DNA of 64,000 bases from Trichoplax adhaerens (lineage: Eukaryota > Animalia > Placozoa): the NCBI RefSeq assembly GCF_000150275.1, contig NW_002060944.1, forward strand, positions 3,510,152 through 3,574,151, read 5' to 3'. The notes under the pieces are model-generated. The model searched no databases and was not told where the DNA came from. It saw nothing but the letters and a program-made list of their open reading frames with translations. Made by a program: the position numbers and the translations under genes. This document shows positions 63,932 through 64,000 of the stretch, one piece after another. The number at the start of each line of letters is the position of its first letter. The first letter of the stretch is position 1.

Positions 63932-64000
63932 CTAAAATAGTGAAAAATTTACCTAAAATGAAATATCGCTGTTAATATTTATATTTCTGAGACTTAATTG

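Overview
AT-rich (roughly one-third GC), compact, intron-dense eukaryotic DNA from an animal. The short introns and intronless orphan GPCR suggest an early-branching metazoan such as a placozoan (Trichoplax-like); that assignment is inference. The ORF track mostly shows exon fragments and shadow ORFs, so gene models were spliced by hand. Genes from left to right: a DUF1761-like membrane protein (-, cut by the window edge, missed by the ORF track), ANKEF1 (-), KIFAP3/KAP3 (-), GOLGA1/golgin-97 (+, head-to-head with KIFAP3), an unknown basic coiled-coil protein (+), PSMB7 (-), an Eph-receptor-like protein with a full ectodomain and TM helix but no visible kinase (-), an SLC27/FATP acyl-CoA synthetase (+), an MGCGSS-type dually acylated acidic protein (+), and a divergent class A GPCR (+). 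There are several tandem-repeat arrays. Main observations: (1) the kinase-less Eph-like receptor sits between satellite arrays; (2) KIFAP3 has two U12 minor-spliceosome introns, one AT-AC and one GT-AG; (3) (CAGTA)n pentamer clusters lie upstream of the conserved genes and may be a lineage-specific promoter signature; (4) there is an RFX X-box upstream of KIFAP3; (5) two diverged copies of a Helitron-like 3' terminus; (6) PSMB7-GOLGA1-SLC27-KIFAP3 linkage matches the vertebrate MHC paralogon; (7) a bacterial/fungal-type DUF1761 gene in an animal context. No rRNA, tRNA or CRISPR array was recognised.
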